Virus record (IMG/VR): IMGVR_UViG_3300032224_000782
Coordinates: 1,195-65,194 of that record
Source: a virus
Lineage: Duplodnaviria > Caudoviricetes
Strand: one strand, 5' to 3'
Length of the DNA stretch: 64,000 bases
Shown here: piece by piece, positions 29,851 to 38,023 of the stretch
Layout: each line of letters begins with the position of its first letter
Position numbering within the stretch: position 1 is the first letter of the stretch
The notes under the pieces: model-generated
The model's input: only the letters and a program-made list of their open reading frames with translations
The model's database searches: none
Told to the model about the DNA's origin: nothing
Position numbers and translations under genes: made by a program

Positions 29851-29870
29851 AAAAGCCCTTCGGGGCTTTT
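29851..29870 (+). terminator. intrinsic terminator
   Basis: AAAAGCCC-TTCG-GGGCTTTT. Confidence 0.85.
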
Positions 29871-29874
29871 CTAT

Positions 29875-29909
29875 ATGTAATATTACTGTAACAGAATTGC
29901 AATTAAATA
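29875..29909 (+). promoter_or_regulatory. Pho box plus late-promoter motif
   Basis: ATGTAAT-ATTA-CTGTAAC, 11 bp, TAAATA; upstream of pstS. Confidence 0.7.
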
Positions 29910-29931
29910 ATTTTATATTCAAGGAGATAAT

Positions 29932-30951
29932 ATGATCAAGAAAATTTTCACATTAATGGCAGCGTCATTATTCTTAATGTCAGTAGATTCAAAAGCAGAA
30001 ACAATCACAGGAGCAGGTGCAACCTTTCCTTTTCCCATTTACAGCAAGTGGAGTGAAGCATATAAAGAAAAAACCAATATAGAATTAAACTACCAAAGTA
30101 TCGGTAGTTCGGGTGGTGTAAAACAAATTAAATCAAGTACTGTGGATTTTGGTGCAACTGATGCTCCACTAAAAGGCGAAGAACTAACTGCAAATGGTCT
30201 GATACAGTTTCCTACAGTATTAGGCGGAGTTGTTCCAGTAATCAATGTAGAGGGTATAAAGCCCGGTGAGTTACAATTAACTGGTGAAGTATTGGCTAAG
30301 ATTTTTGTTGGTCACATTGTTATGTGGAATGACAAGCGTATTCAGGAACTAAATCCTAAATTAAAATTACCTGACGCTAACATCACCATTGTTCATCGTG
30401 CAGATGGATCTGGTACAACATTTATTTTCACAGACTATCTGACAGAAGTCAGTGCCGTTTGGAAAGAAGAAGTTGGTAAAGGTGCCGCAGTAAAATGGCC
30501 TGCTACCAGCAGTGTGGGCGGTAAAGGCAACGAAGGTGTTGCTGCCAATGTGAGCCGTGTAAAAAATTCAATTGGTTATGTAGAATATGCGTATGCCAAA
30601 AAGAACAAAATGACTTATATTAAGATGCAAAATCGTGATGGTAAATATGTAGAACCAGACGATGAAACATTCGCAGCGGCTGCTAAAGGAGCCGATTGGT
30701 TTTCAACCCCAGGTATGGGGATCAGTCTAGTAAATCAAAAGGGCGCACAGAGTTGGCCCATCACAGGTGCAACATTTATATTGATGTACCGTGAGCCAAA
30801 GAATGCAAAAACTAGCCAAGAAGTAATTAAGTTTTTTGATTGGGCATTTGTAAACGGTGGTAAAATGGCTGCGGATTTGGACTATGTTCCATTACCAAAG
30901 TCAGTGACTGATCGTATCCGTAGTGATGTTTGGTCTACTATTAAAAAGTAA
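29932..30951 (+). CDS. pstS: phosphate ABC transporter substrate-binding protein
   Basis: Signal peptide, GAGATFP, YQSIGSSGG, DFGATD, RADGSGTT, GKGNEGV, IGYVEYAY. Confidence 0.97.
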   Translation: MIKKIFTLMAASLFLMSVDSKAETITGAGATFPFPIYSKWSEAYKEKTNIELNYQSIGSSGGVKQIKSSTVDFGATDAPLKGEELTANGLIQFPTVLGGVVPVINVEGIKPGELQLTGEVLAKIFVGHIVMWNDKRIQELNPKLKLPDANITIVHRADGSGTTFIFTDYLTEVSAVWKEEVGKGAAVKWPATSSVGGKGNEGVAANVSRVKNSIGYVEYAYAKKNKMTYIKMQNRDGKYVEPDDETFAAAAKGADWFSTPGMGISLVNQKGAQSWPITGATFILMYREPKNAKTSQEVIKFFDWAFVNGGKMAADLDYVPLPKSVTDRIRSDVWSTIKK

Positions 30952-31018
30952 CCGAATCACTTGAAGTGAGTAAGTAAAGAGTTTATAATAGAAAAATCAT
31001 TTTTATAAAGGAAAAAAT

Positions 31019-32170
31019 ATGAAATTTACTAAAATTGTCCTAGCTACATTGTTAACTGCTGGCATTACTGCTGGTGTAGCACAAGCGCAGGACGCACCTC
31101 GCAATACAGAATTGTATGGCGTAATTGGAGTTGGCGCAGTAAGCGGCAGTGGTTTTGGTTCTAGCAACCAAGACTTTGCAGGTGTAGGTGAACAACTGCA
31201 CAACAGCAATCGCTTTGGCATCAAAGGTTCACAGGATCTTGGAGATGGTTTCAAAGCTAGTTTCCAACTAGAAGGTAACTTCAGTGCTCGCACTGGCGCT
31301 GCTGGTAAAGACTCTGGTGGTACAGGTTCAGCAGGAACAACATTGTTTGACCGTGAAGCCAATGTAGCATTGAGCAACAAAGATTATGGTCAAGTTCAAT
31401 TGGGTCGTGGCAAGAACTTCTTGTACAATGTACTTGATGAATTTGACTCACGCGGTAACTGGAACTTTGGCGGTGCTAAATCAGTAGCTCGATACGCCGG
31501 TTTCTATTCAGGTTCAGGTGTTAGCAGATTTGACAACATGATTCGTTATACATCACCTAGCTTTGGTGGTTTAAAGTTTGATTACGCATACGCCGCTGGT
31601 AATCAATTAGGAGACACTAGTTACAAATCTAGCTACAATGCAGGTGTTCGTTATACTGCTGGTCCATTGGACTTGGCATACACACACGAAGAAGCACGTT
31701 TGAGCACTACAGTGGTCAGCGAAGAAATTGACTTAGTTGCCGCAAAATATGCAGTAACTCCTGCGTTGACTTTAAATGCTGGTTATGCGATTACTCGTAA
31801 CCCAACTACACAGACTACTTTCTACAGTAGCTCAAGCAAAGCAGATGGTAAAACAGATGCTGATACTTGGTTCGTTGGTGCAAAGTACAAAGTATCCGAC
31901 CGTGTTAGTTTGAACGGTGGCTACTACAGTGTTACAGACAAAATCACTGCTGGTAAAGACAATGTGCAAATGACTGCTGTTGGTGCTACCTATGCATTTG
32001 ACAAGCGTACAGAAATCTTCATTGATTACGTAAGAGCTGATCGTGCTAGCGGTGCAGTGAGCCCATTTACAATCTATGATCGTTGGGTTCCTAATGGTGA
32101 CGGATCAACATATTCAGACAGCAAGTATGCTCAACATGCTGTTGCGGTAGGTATGCAATTCCGCTTTTAA
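31019..32170 (+). CDS. trimeric Gram-negative porin (betaproteobacterial type)
   Basis: Signal peptide, LYG, SNRFGIKGSQDLGDG.KA.FQLE, FDREANV, RFDN.IRY, C-terminal Phe. Confidence 0.92.
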   Translation: MKFTKIVLATLLTAGITAGVAQAQDAPRNTELYGVIGVGAVSGSGFGSSNQDFAGVGEQLHNSNRFGIKGSQDLGDGFKASFQLEGNFSARTGAAGKDSGGTGSAGTTLFDREANVALSNKDYGQVQLGRGKNFLYNVLDEFDSRGNWNFGGAKSVARYAGFYSGSGVSRFDNMIRYTSPSFGGLKFDYAYAAGNQLGDTSYKSSYNAGVRYTAGPLDLAYTHEEARLSTTVVSEEIDLVAAKYAVTPALTLNAGYAITRNPTTQTTFYSSSSKADGKTDADTWFVGAKYKVSDRVSLNGGYYSVTDKITAGKDNVQMTAVGATYAFDKRTEIFIDYVRADRASGAVSPFTIYDRWVPNGDGSTYSDSKYAQHAVAVGMQFRF

Positions 32171-32182
32171 TAGTTAAATCGA

Positions 32183-32219
32183 CCACAACGATTGAGTGGC
32201 GCTGGAACTCGTAACCAGC
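32183..32219 (+). ncRNA. candidate two-hairpin RNA element in the porin 3' UTR
   Basis: CCAC-aacgattga-GTGG and GCTGG-aactcgtaa-CCAGC; loops carry complementary ACGA/TCGT. Confidence 0.35.
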
Positions 32220-32242
32220 AAAGGACCTTAGGGTCCTTTTTT
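32220..32242. terminator. bidirectional intrinsic terminator
   Basis: AAAGGACC-TTAG-GGTCCTTTTTT between convergent genes. Confidence 0.85.
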
Positions 32243-33455
32243 ATTGACTTAATAATCTTTGAACTTGATCAAAGTCAATTTGATTAGTATCAATGGGATA
32301 TACAGGATCGCTTGAGTTCCATTCTAAGACGATGTCTTTAAAATTCGTCACTAACTCGTCAACAATTATATTTTTAAATTTGCTGTAAAAATGATTAAAG
32401 TTAAATTCTAATATATCTTGCATTTCTTTATACATTTCGGCAAGCTCTGTATCTTTTAATTTACATAGTTTTTCTAGTTCAGCGACCACTAATTCGATTC
32501 TACGATCCGGATCCAATTCATCATCATAACTTTCATCGATCCACTGATCAAAAGTTTTAAAGCCGTAGCTTTTTAAATATGCCAGATTATGAACAGCACC
32601 CAATAACATAAAAGGACGTTTGGCTGTAATAGGTTTGAATATTTTTTCTGTTAAGTGCAATTTGTCATAGTAAAACACTGTTTCGGTAACCACATGCCAC
32701 AGTGCAGACTTATGCATCATTAATTCAGCATAACCAGAATCTGCGCTGGCTGTTCCTGGGGGATTGTCTTTGTCTATGGTTAGAGAATTTTCCAAAGTTC
32801 CAATTTGATCCTGTATTAGCAGTTTTGCTGGTTCAGATAATAAAGTATCAGGATCTGCTAGTTCTTGTTGCCAAGAGCCCAGTCCATTATCTTTTAATAT
32901 CAAACTAACATAACCATGTTCCAATAGATTGTGCTTCATCAATTGGGACACAAAATATAATCTATAACTTCGGCTTTTAGTGACTAGGCGATTGTAGGAT
33001 ATAAATACTCTTGTAAATTGATTTTCTATTTGTGGAGTATACTGATAGTCCCTGTACCAATCTAGAGCAGCAAATCCATGGAAAAAGTAATACCAGTTTT
33101 TATAGTTGGTTTCCTTGCACCATGTATTAATATCATTAGATATTTCCCCCACTGCTACTATCCTGCTAAACGTATTTGATTTAGCGTTGTTTGTGACAGG
33201 CACATACCCAGTTATATATTGACCCGTACATTTATTGGCTACTTTAATATCGAATGGTTCTTGATCATAGTAAAAACAGTAATGTTGATCTTTGTGCAAC
33301 TCAGTATAGTCTGGAGTATAAAGATGGTCATGCATACCAAACATTAACTGTGTCACATCAGTACTACCGAACGGATAGAAATAACAATCGTATATACTTG
33401 CAGGTTTAAGTAAATTTGCGTATAATATAAAATAAAACTTTTCTAAGGAAAACAT
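32241..33455 (-). CDS. putative glycosyltransferase-like protein (family A)
   Basis: VVTET..LTEKIFKPI..RPF..GFKTF..IDESYD. Confidence 0.55.
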   Translation of the reverse strand: MFSLEKFYFILYANLLKPASIYDCYFYPFGSTDVTQLMFGMHDHLYTPDYTELHKDQHYCFYYDQEPFDIKVANKCTGQYITGYVPVTNNAKSNTFSRIVAVGEISNDINTWCKETNYKNWYYFFHGFAALDWYRDYQYTPQIENQFTRVFISYNRLVTKSRSYRLYFVSQLMKHNLLEHGYVSLILKDNGLGSWQQELADPDTLLSEPAKLLIQDQIGTLENSLTIDKDNPPGTASADSGYAELMMHKSALWHVVTETVFYYDKLHLTEKIFKPITAKRPFMLLGAVHNLAYLKSYGFKTFDQWIDESYDDELDPDRRIELVVAELEKLCKLKDTELAEMYKEMQDILEFNFNHFYSKFKNIIVDELVTNFKDIVLEWNSSDPVYPIDTNQIDFDQVQRLLSQ

Positions 33456-34697
33456 ATGAAAAAAATTGGATTTATTGGTATCGGTAAACTAGGCCTAGAC
33501 TGTGCCGAAGTAATGGCAGAAAAACATGAAGTCAGAGGCTATGATATTTACCCACGCACTAGCGACACGGTAAAGGTTTGTGGTATTGAAGAATTAGTTA
33601 ATGAAAGTGAATGGATTTTTATTGCTGTTCCTACACCACACGCAGAAGGTTATGATGGTAGTGTTCCTAGCAGTCACATGGAACCCAAAGACTTTGGTCA
33701 CGATGCTGTTATTGATGCACTTAACAAAGTTAATCAATACGCAACTACAAGCAAGAAGGTTGTGTTGATCAGTACAGTATTACCAGGCACAACACGTCGC
33801 AAGTTTATTACACTACTAGACCCAAAACATCAATTCTTGTACAACCCTTACTTGATTGCCATGGGATCAGTTAAATGGGACATGGCCAATCCTGAGATGG
33901 TTATCATTGGTACTGAAGATGGTAGCTTAACAGGCGTTGCAGGCGAATTGATTGACTTGTACAAAACAATGATGCAAAACGATCCACGTTACGAAGTTGG
34001 CACATGGGACGAATGTGAAGCCATTAAAATCTTCTACAACACCTACATCAGTGCTAAAGTTGGTATTGTTAACATGATTCAAGACTTTGCAATGAAGATT
34101 GGTAACATTAATGTTGACGTTGTTACTAATGCATTGGCACGTAGTACTATGCGACTACAAGGACCCAAGTACATGACAGCTGGTATGGGTGATGCAGGTG
34201 CTTGCCATCCACGTGACAACATTGCACTGCGTTGGTTAGCAGAACACTATGACATCGGCTATGATTTGTTTGACACTATCATGCATGCTAGAGAAGTACA
34301 AGCAAAAAATCTAGCATTGTTCTTAGTTGAACAAAGTCGTACACATGGTGGACTGCCTATTATCATTCATGGTAAAGCATACAAACCTGATGTTGAATAC
34401 TGTATTGGTAGCTACAGTACACTGGTTGGCCACTATGTTAAAGAAGCAGGACACAAAGTCAGCTATGTTGATCCATTGGCAGACAGTCAAGACGAAGTTA
34501 TTTCAGAAGTAACTACGCCAGCAATTTTCCTTTGGGCACACAATCGTAAAATTACTTACGAATATACCGGCGAACAATTAGACACAAAACCTTATTGTAA
34601 TATTATGCCAGGCAGCATTATTGTTGATCCATGGCGTAAACTACAATCTGAAAATGGTGTTGAAGTTGTTCACTATGGCAACACAAGACATCAATAA
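33456..34697 (+). CDS. UDP-glucose/GDP-mannose 6-dehydrogenase family
   Basis: GIGKLG, AVPTP, STVLPGT, AIKIFYN, GACHPRD, AYKP. Confidence 0.9.
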   Translation: MKKIGFIGIGKLGLDCAEVMAEKHEVRGYDIYPRTSDTVKVCGIEELVNESEWIFIAVPTPHAEGYDGSVPSSHMEPKDFGHDAVIDALNKVNQYATTSKKVVLISTVLPGTTRRKFITLLDPKHQFLYNPYLIAMGSVKWDMANPEMVIIGTEDGSLTGVAGELIDLYKTMMQNDPRYEVGTWDECEAIKIFYNTYISAKVGIVNMIQDFAMKIGNINVDVVTNALARSTMRLQGPKYMTAGMGDAGACHPRDNIALRWLAEHYDIGYDLFDTIMHAREVQAKNLALFLVEQSRTHGGLPIIIHGKAYKPDVEYCIGSYSTLVGHYVKEAGHKVSYVDPLADSQDEVISEVTTPAIFLWAHNRKITYEYTGEQLDTKPYCNIMPGSIIVDPWRKLQSENGVEVVHYGNTRHQ

Positions 34698-35193
34698 GTC
34701 GCACATTGATAAGTTCTGGGACGATGAGTTTAAGCAATTAGACTACGTCCGAGAACCTTTTAATGATCCTAGATATCTTGCACTATGGGCCACGCAGGGT
34801 TACACTGGTCCTTTTACTGGTGTAATGTGTGACATGAGACGGCCTCAACCCAGTTGGAACAATAAGTTTATTGAATTTTTTGAACAGCGTGGTTGGAAGG
34901 ACATCGGCACAAGTTACTATAGAATGGATACGAATGTAATTTTACCTGTACATCGAGACTTGTATGTCAAATACGTAGATTTATTTAAGCTACAAGGACA
35001 GGAATTTTGGATACGTAGAGCTATAGTATTCCTTGAGGATTGGAGTAGTGGACATTACTTTGAAATCAATGGCGAGCCTTGGCTTAATTGGCGAGCAGGC
35101 GACTTTGTTGAATGGCGTTATGATGCTCCACACATGGCTGCAAACATTGGCTTATTGCCTAGATATACCTTGCAAATAACCGGACATATATGA
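34675..35193 (+). CDS. cupin/2OG-Fe(II) hydroxylase-like protein
   Basis: LPVHRD, RAIVFL, APHMAAN, RYTLQITG. Confidence 0.6.
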   Translation: MATQDINKSHIDKFWDDEFKQLDYVREPFNDPRYLALWATQGYTGPFTGVMCDMRRPQPSWNNKFIEFFEQRGWKDIGTSYYRMDTNVILPVHRDLYVKYVDLFKLQGQEFWIRRAIVFLEDWSSGHYFEINGEPWLNWRAGDFVEWRYDAPHMAANIGLLPRYTLQITGHI

Positions 35194-36209
35194 AAATATC
35201 AAGTCGTAATGAATATGACAAACTAAAGACCTGTGTAGTGGGAGATGCTACTGGTGCTAGGTTTCCTGAGAGAGATGAAATCTTTTTATACAATCACGAA
35301 GTTACGAACTGGAAGGAAACTCCTCATCCACAAGGACGCTTTCCACAGCACGTAATTGATGAAGCTAATGAGGATCTTGAAGAACTTTGCGATACTCTAA
35401 GAGCATTTGGCACAAGGGTGTTGCGTCCCAAGGACTTGGATCATAGTCACATTGTTAAAACACATGAATGGGAAACAGATGGCATGTACAACTATTGCCC
35501 CCGTGATGTGTTGTTGGTCATAGACGACTTAGTTATAGAAGCGCCTATGACTTATCGTGCAAGGCAAATGGAGTCTAATGCGTATTGGAAAATCAAACAA
35601 GATGCATTAGAAGATGATGTTCGTTGGATTGCTGCTCCCAGACCTAGATTGCTAACACATGAAAATTATATTGAAGATAACAATGTAGTGTTGTCGGACA
35701 AAGAGCCTATATTTGATGCGGCTAATATATTAAGACATAACAACGATATTCTATATCTTGTCAGTAACACAGGCAATAGACTGGGCGGACGTTGGTTACA
35801 AAACATATTAGGTAAACAATATCGAGTACATGTCTTAGATGACCTCTATGCATATGCACACATAGATAGTACAATAAGCGTGTTACGTGATGGCCTTGTG
35901 GTGTTAAACGCTAGTAGAGTCAATGCTTATAACTGCCCTACAATTTTTAACGGTTGGGAAAAGATTTGGGTTGAAGATGTTGTACCGCAAAATTTTTATC
36001 AATACCCTTATGCCAGTAAATGGATTGCAATGAACATGTTTAGTTTAGATTCAGACACTGTGATAGTGGATAAGAATCAACGTGCGTTAATCAAGCAATT
36101 AGAACAACATTCTATGACAGTTATCCCCCAAGAACTGCGTCATAGTCGCACTTTAGGCGGTGGTTTTCATTGTGTGACATTAGATTTATTAAGAGAACAC
36201 AATAAATAA
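35190..36209 (+). CDS. amidinotransferase (glycine/inosamine-phosphate type)
   Basis: YCPRD, FDAAN, HIDST, GGGFHCVTLD (Asp-His-Cys triad). Confidence 0.9.
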   Translation: MKISSRNEYDKLKTCVVGDATGARFPERDEIFLYNHEVTNWKETPHPQGRFPQHVIDEANEDLEELCDTLRAFGTRVLRPKDLDHSHIVKTHEWETDGMYNYCPRDVLLVIDDLVIEAPMTYRARQMESNAYWKIKQDALEDDVRWIAAPRPRLLTHENYIEDNNVVLSDKEPIFDAANILRHNNDILYLVSNTGNRLGGRWLQNILGKQYRVHVLDDLYAYAHIDSTISVLRDGLVVLNASRVNAYNCPTIFNGWEKIWVEDVVPQNFYQYPYASKWIAMNMFSLDSDTVIVDKNQRALIKQLEQHSMTVIPQELRHSRTLGGGFHCVTLDLLREHNK

Positions 36210-36235
36210 ACTTACTGGTATAACAATAAGAATAT

Positions 36236-36958
36236 ATGACAGAATTTAGTAAGTACAGCGATGTAATTTTCGATGCATTTTGTTTACATAGCAAGCGTAG
36301 AGAGATTATAGATCGCAAACACGAAATAATTGACAAAGTAGTTGAATTTTATAATGCCGCTTGTAGCAGTGTGCTATTTGTTGGCTTCAATCCTGCTATC
36401 CTTAGTTTTAAAGCCAAAGAGATTTATGTAACAGAAGTCAGTGACACGGTACTGGCATGGATTAGAGCACAAGGCGTAGATGCCAAAGAATTGAACTACA
36501 CAGAGCCTAGAAAATTTGACATGGTTGTGGCATTTGATGAGTATTTGACTTTTGCTCATGATGAACAACAACAAAAAAGTCTAATAGATAATCTTTGCAA
36601 ATTTAGCAGTAATCTAATTATTACCACAGTCAAAGACTATAAGAATCAAGACTTCAAAGATAGAGAATACAGTCAACCTGCAATCATCAAAGCTAATAAC
36701 CAAATGACTGCATTTACCGAAATACATGATTGGGACCAAAAAGATAAGAATCTTTGGACCACAGCACTGTACCAATTAACAGGTGCTGACGCCAAATGTT
36801 GCGGTGAATTCCTACGTCGTACACTGTATTTCAAACAGTTAGCCAAATTTACCATGGACATGGGTGCAACCAATTTCCTAATCCATAAGAATTTGATGTA
36901 CAAGAGTTTAATCAAAAAGAACTACGAACACGTGATCAGTGTCAGTTTTGAACAGTAA
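36236..36958 (+). CDS. methyltransferase-fold hypothetical protein
   Basis: SVLFVGF, KFDMVVA resemble degenerate SAM motifs. Confidence 0.45.
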   Translation: MTEFSKYSDVIFDAFCLHSKRREIIDRKHEIIDKVVEFYNAACSSVLFVGFNPAILSFKAKEIYVTEVSDTVLAWIRAQGVDAKELNYTEPRKFDMVVAFDEYLTFAHDEQQQKSLIDNLCKFSSNLIITTVKDYKNQDFKDREYSQPAIIKANNQMTAFTEIHDWDQKDKNLWTTALYQLTGADAKCCGEFLRRTLYFKQLAKFTMDMGATNFLIHKNLMYKSLIKKNYEHVISVSFEQ

Positions 36959-36962
36959 ACGG

Positions 36963-36999
36963 TTGACTAAAATATAATATGCTGTTATAATAATAGCAT
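36963..36999 (+). promoter_or_regulatory. sigma70 promoter with palindrome over -10 and start
   Basis: TTGACT-17-TATAAT; ATGCTGTTAT-A-ATAATAGCAT. Confidence 0.65.
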
Positions 37000-38023
37000 G
37001 AACACTATACCACGCATCGGCTTCGCTTGTAAATGGATCGACGGTCCTAGCCAAATTAATGGCGTCAAACAAACGGACACAGCCAAACAATACAATACTG
37101 GAACTACCACCATTACTTGGCTTAACAACCAAACACGTGATGTAGCAGAGCAACGACTATGGGACCTTATGGTCAATAACATAGAAGCAACCCGCAAACT
37201 TGTAGAAAGAGTAGGTAATTTAGATGAGCATCTCCGTATGGTCCGCCTTAGTAGCGATATTCTTCCTGCCTATACTGAGCCCAATTGGCGTTATTTTTGG
37301 CAGCGTAGCGATGTACAAGCGTATGCCAGTAAATACTTTAACACTGTGGGCGAAATTGCCCGTATACGCAATGTGCGTCTCAGTATGCACCCTGGTCAGT
37401 TTTGTGTGCTTGCGAGTGATAGACCAGATGTTGTGGATCGTAGTATAGAGGAATTTGAATATCATGCAGACATGGCCTGTTATATGGGATACGGTAAAAA
37501 GTTCCAAGACTTCAAAATTAATGTGCATATTGCAGGACGAGCAGGCCCCGACGGTATCCGTGCCGCATACACCCGCCTCAGTCATGAAGCTCGCAACTGT
37601 ATTACTATTGAGAATGAAGAAGTAAGTTATGGACTCGACGACTGTCTTACAATATCTGATCTTGTGCCAATTGTGCTTGACATTCATCACCATTGGGTTA
37701 AAACGGGCGAATATATTGATCCCCGTTCAGATAGGGTTAAGCGTGTTGTTGACAGTTGGTGGGGTGTCCGTCCTACTCTACACTATTCCGTTAGTCGCGA
37801 AGATGTACTTGTCGGCCATGACACTGTATGTCGCCCAGACATGGAGTCTTTGCTTGTAGCAGGACACAAAAAGGCCAAACTCAGAGCACACAGTAATTTC
37901 TTCTGGAACAAAGAAGTCAGTGATTGGGCTGGTGAGTTTCTTGCCACACATGACATCATGTGCGAAAGCAAAGGTAAGAACCTTGCTAGTTTTGCTTTTG
38001 CTGAACAAGTTTACAAAAAGTAA
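36998..38023 (+). CDS. uvsE: UV damage endonuclease
   Basis: RIGFAC, RLSSD, RLSMHPGQFCVL, IENE, LDIHHH, AHS, DIMCESKGK. Confidence 0.92.
   Translation: MNTIPRIGFACKWIDGPSQINGVKQTDTAKQYNTGTTTITWLNNQTRDVAEQRLWDLMVNNIEATRKLVERVGNLDEHLRMVRLSSDILPAYTEPNWRYFWQRSDVQAYASKYFNTVGEIARIRNVRLSMHPGQFCVLASDRPDVVDRSIEEFEYHADMACYMGYGKKFQDFKINVHIAGRAGPDGIRAAYTRLSHEARNCITIENEEVSYGLDDCLTISDLVPIVLDIHHHWVKTGEYIDPRSDRVKRVVDSWWGVRPTLHYSVSREDVLVGHDTVCRPDMESLLVAGHKKAKLRAHSNFFWNKEVSDWAGEFLATHDIMCESKGKNLASFAFAEQVYKK

Noticed and set aside
29348-31380. Minus-strand ORFs 29348-29902 and 31003-31380 (also 12974-13471 and similar)
   Set aside because: Antisense shadows of codon-biased + strand genes, with no RBS or motifs
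27183-32170. Host chromosomal contamination
   Set aside because: The island uses the same TAAATA motifs, terminators and AT-rich codon style as flanking phage genes and lacks pstCAB; read coverage would settle it
36982-36997. LexA box before uvsE
   Set aside because: CTGT is not followed by ACAG at the required CTG-N10-CAG spacing
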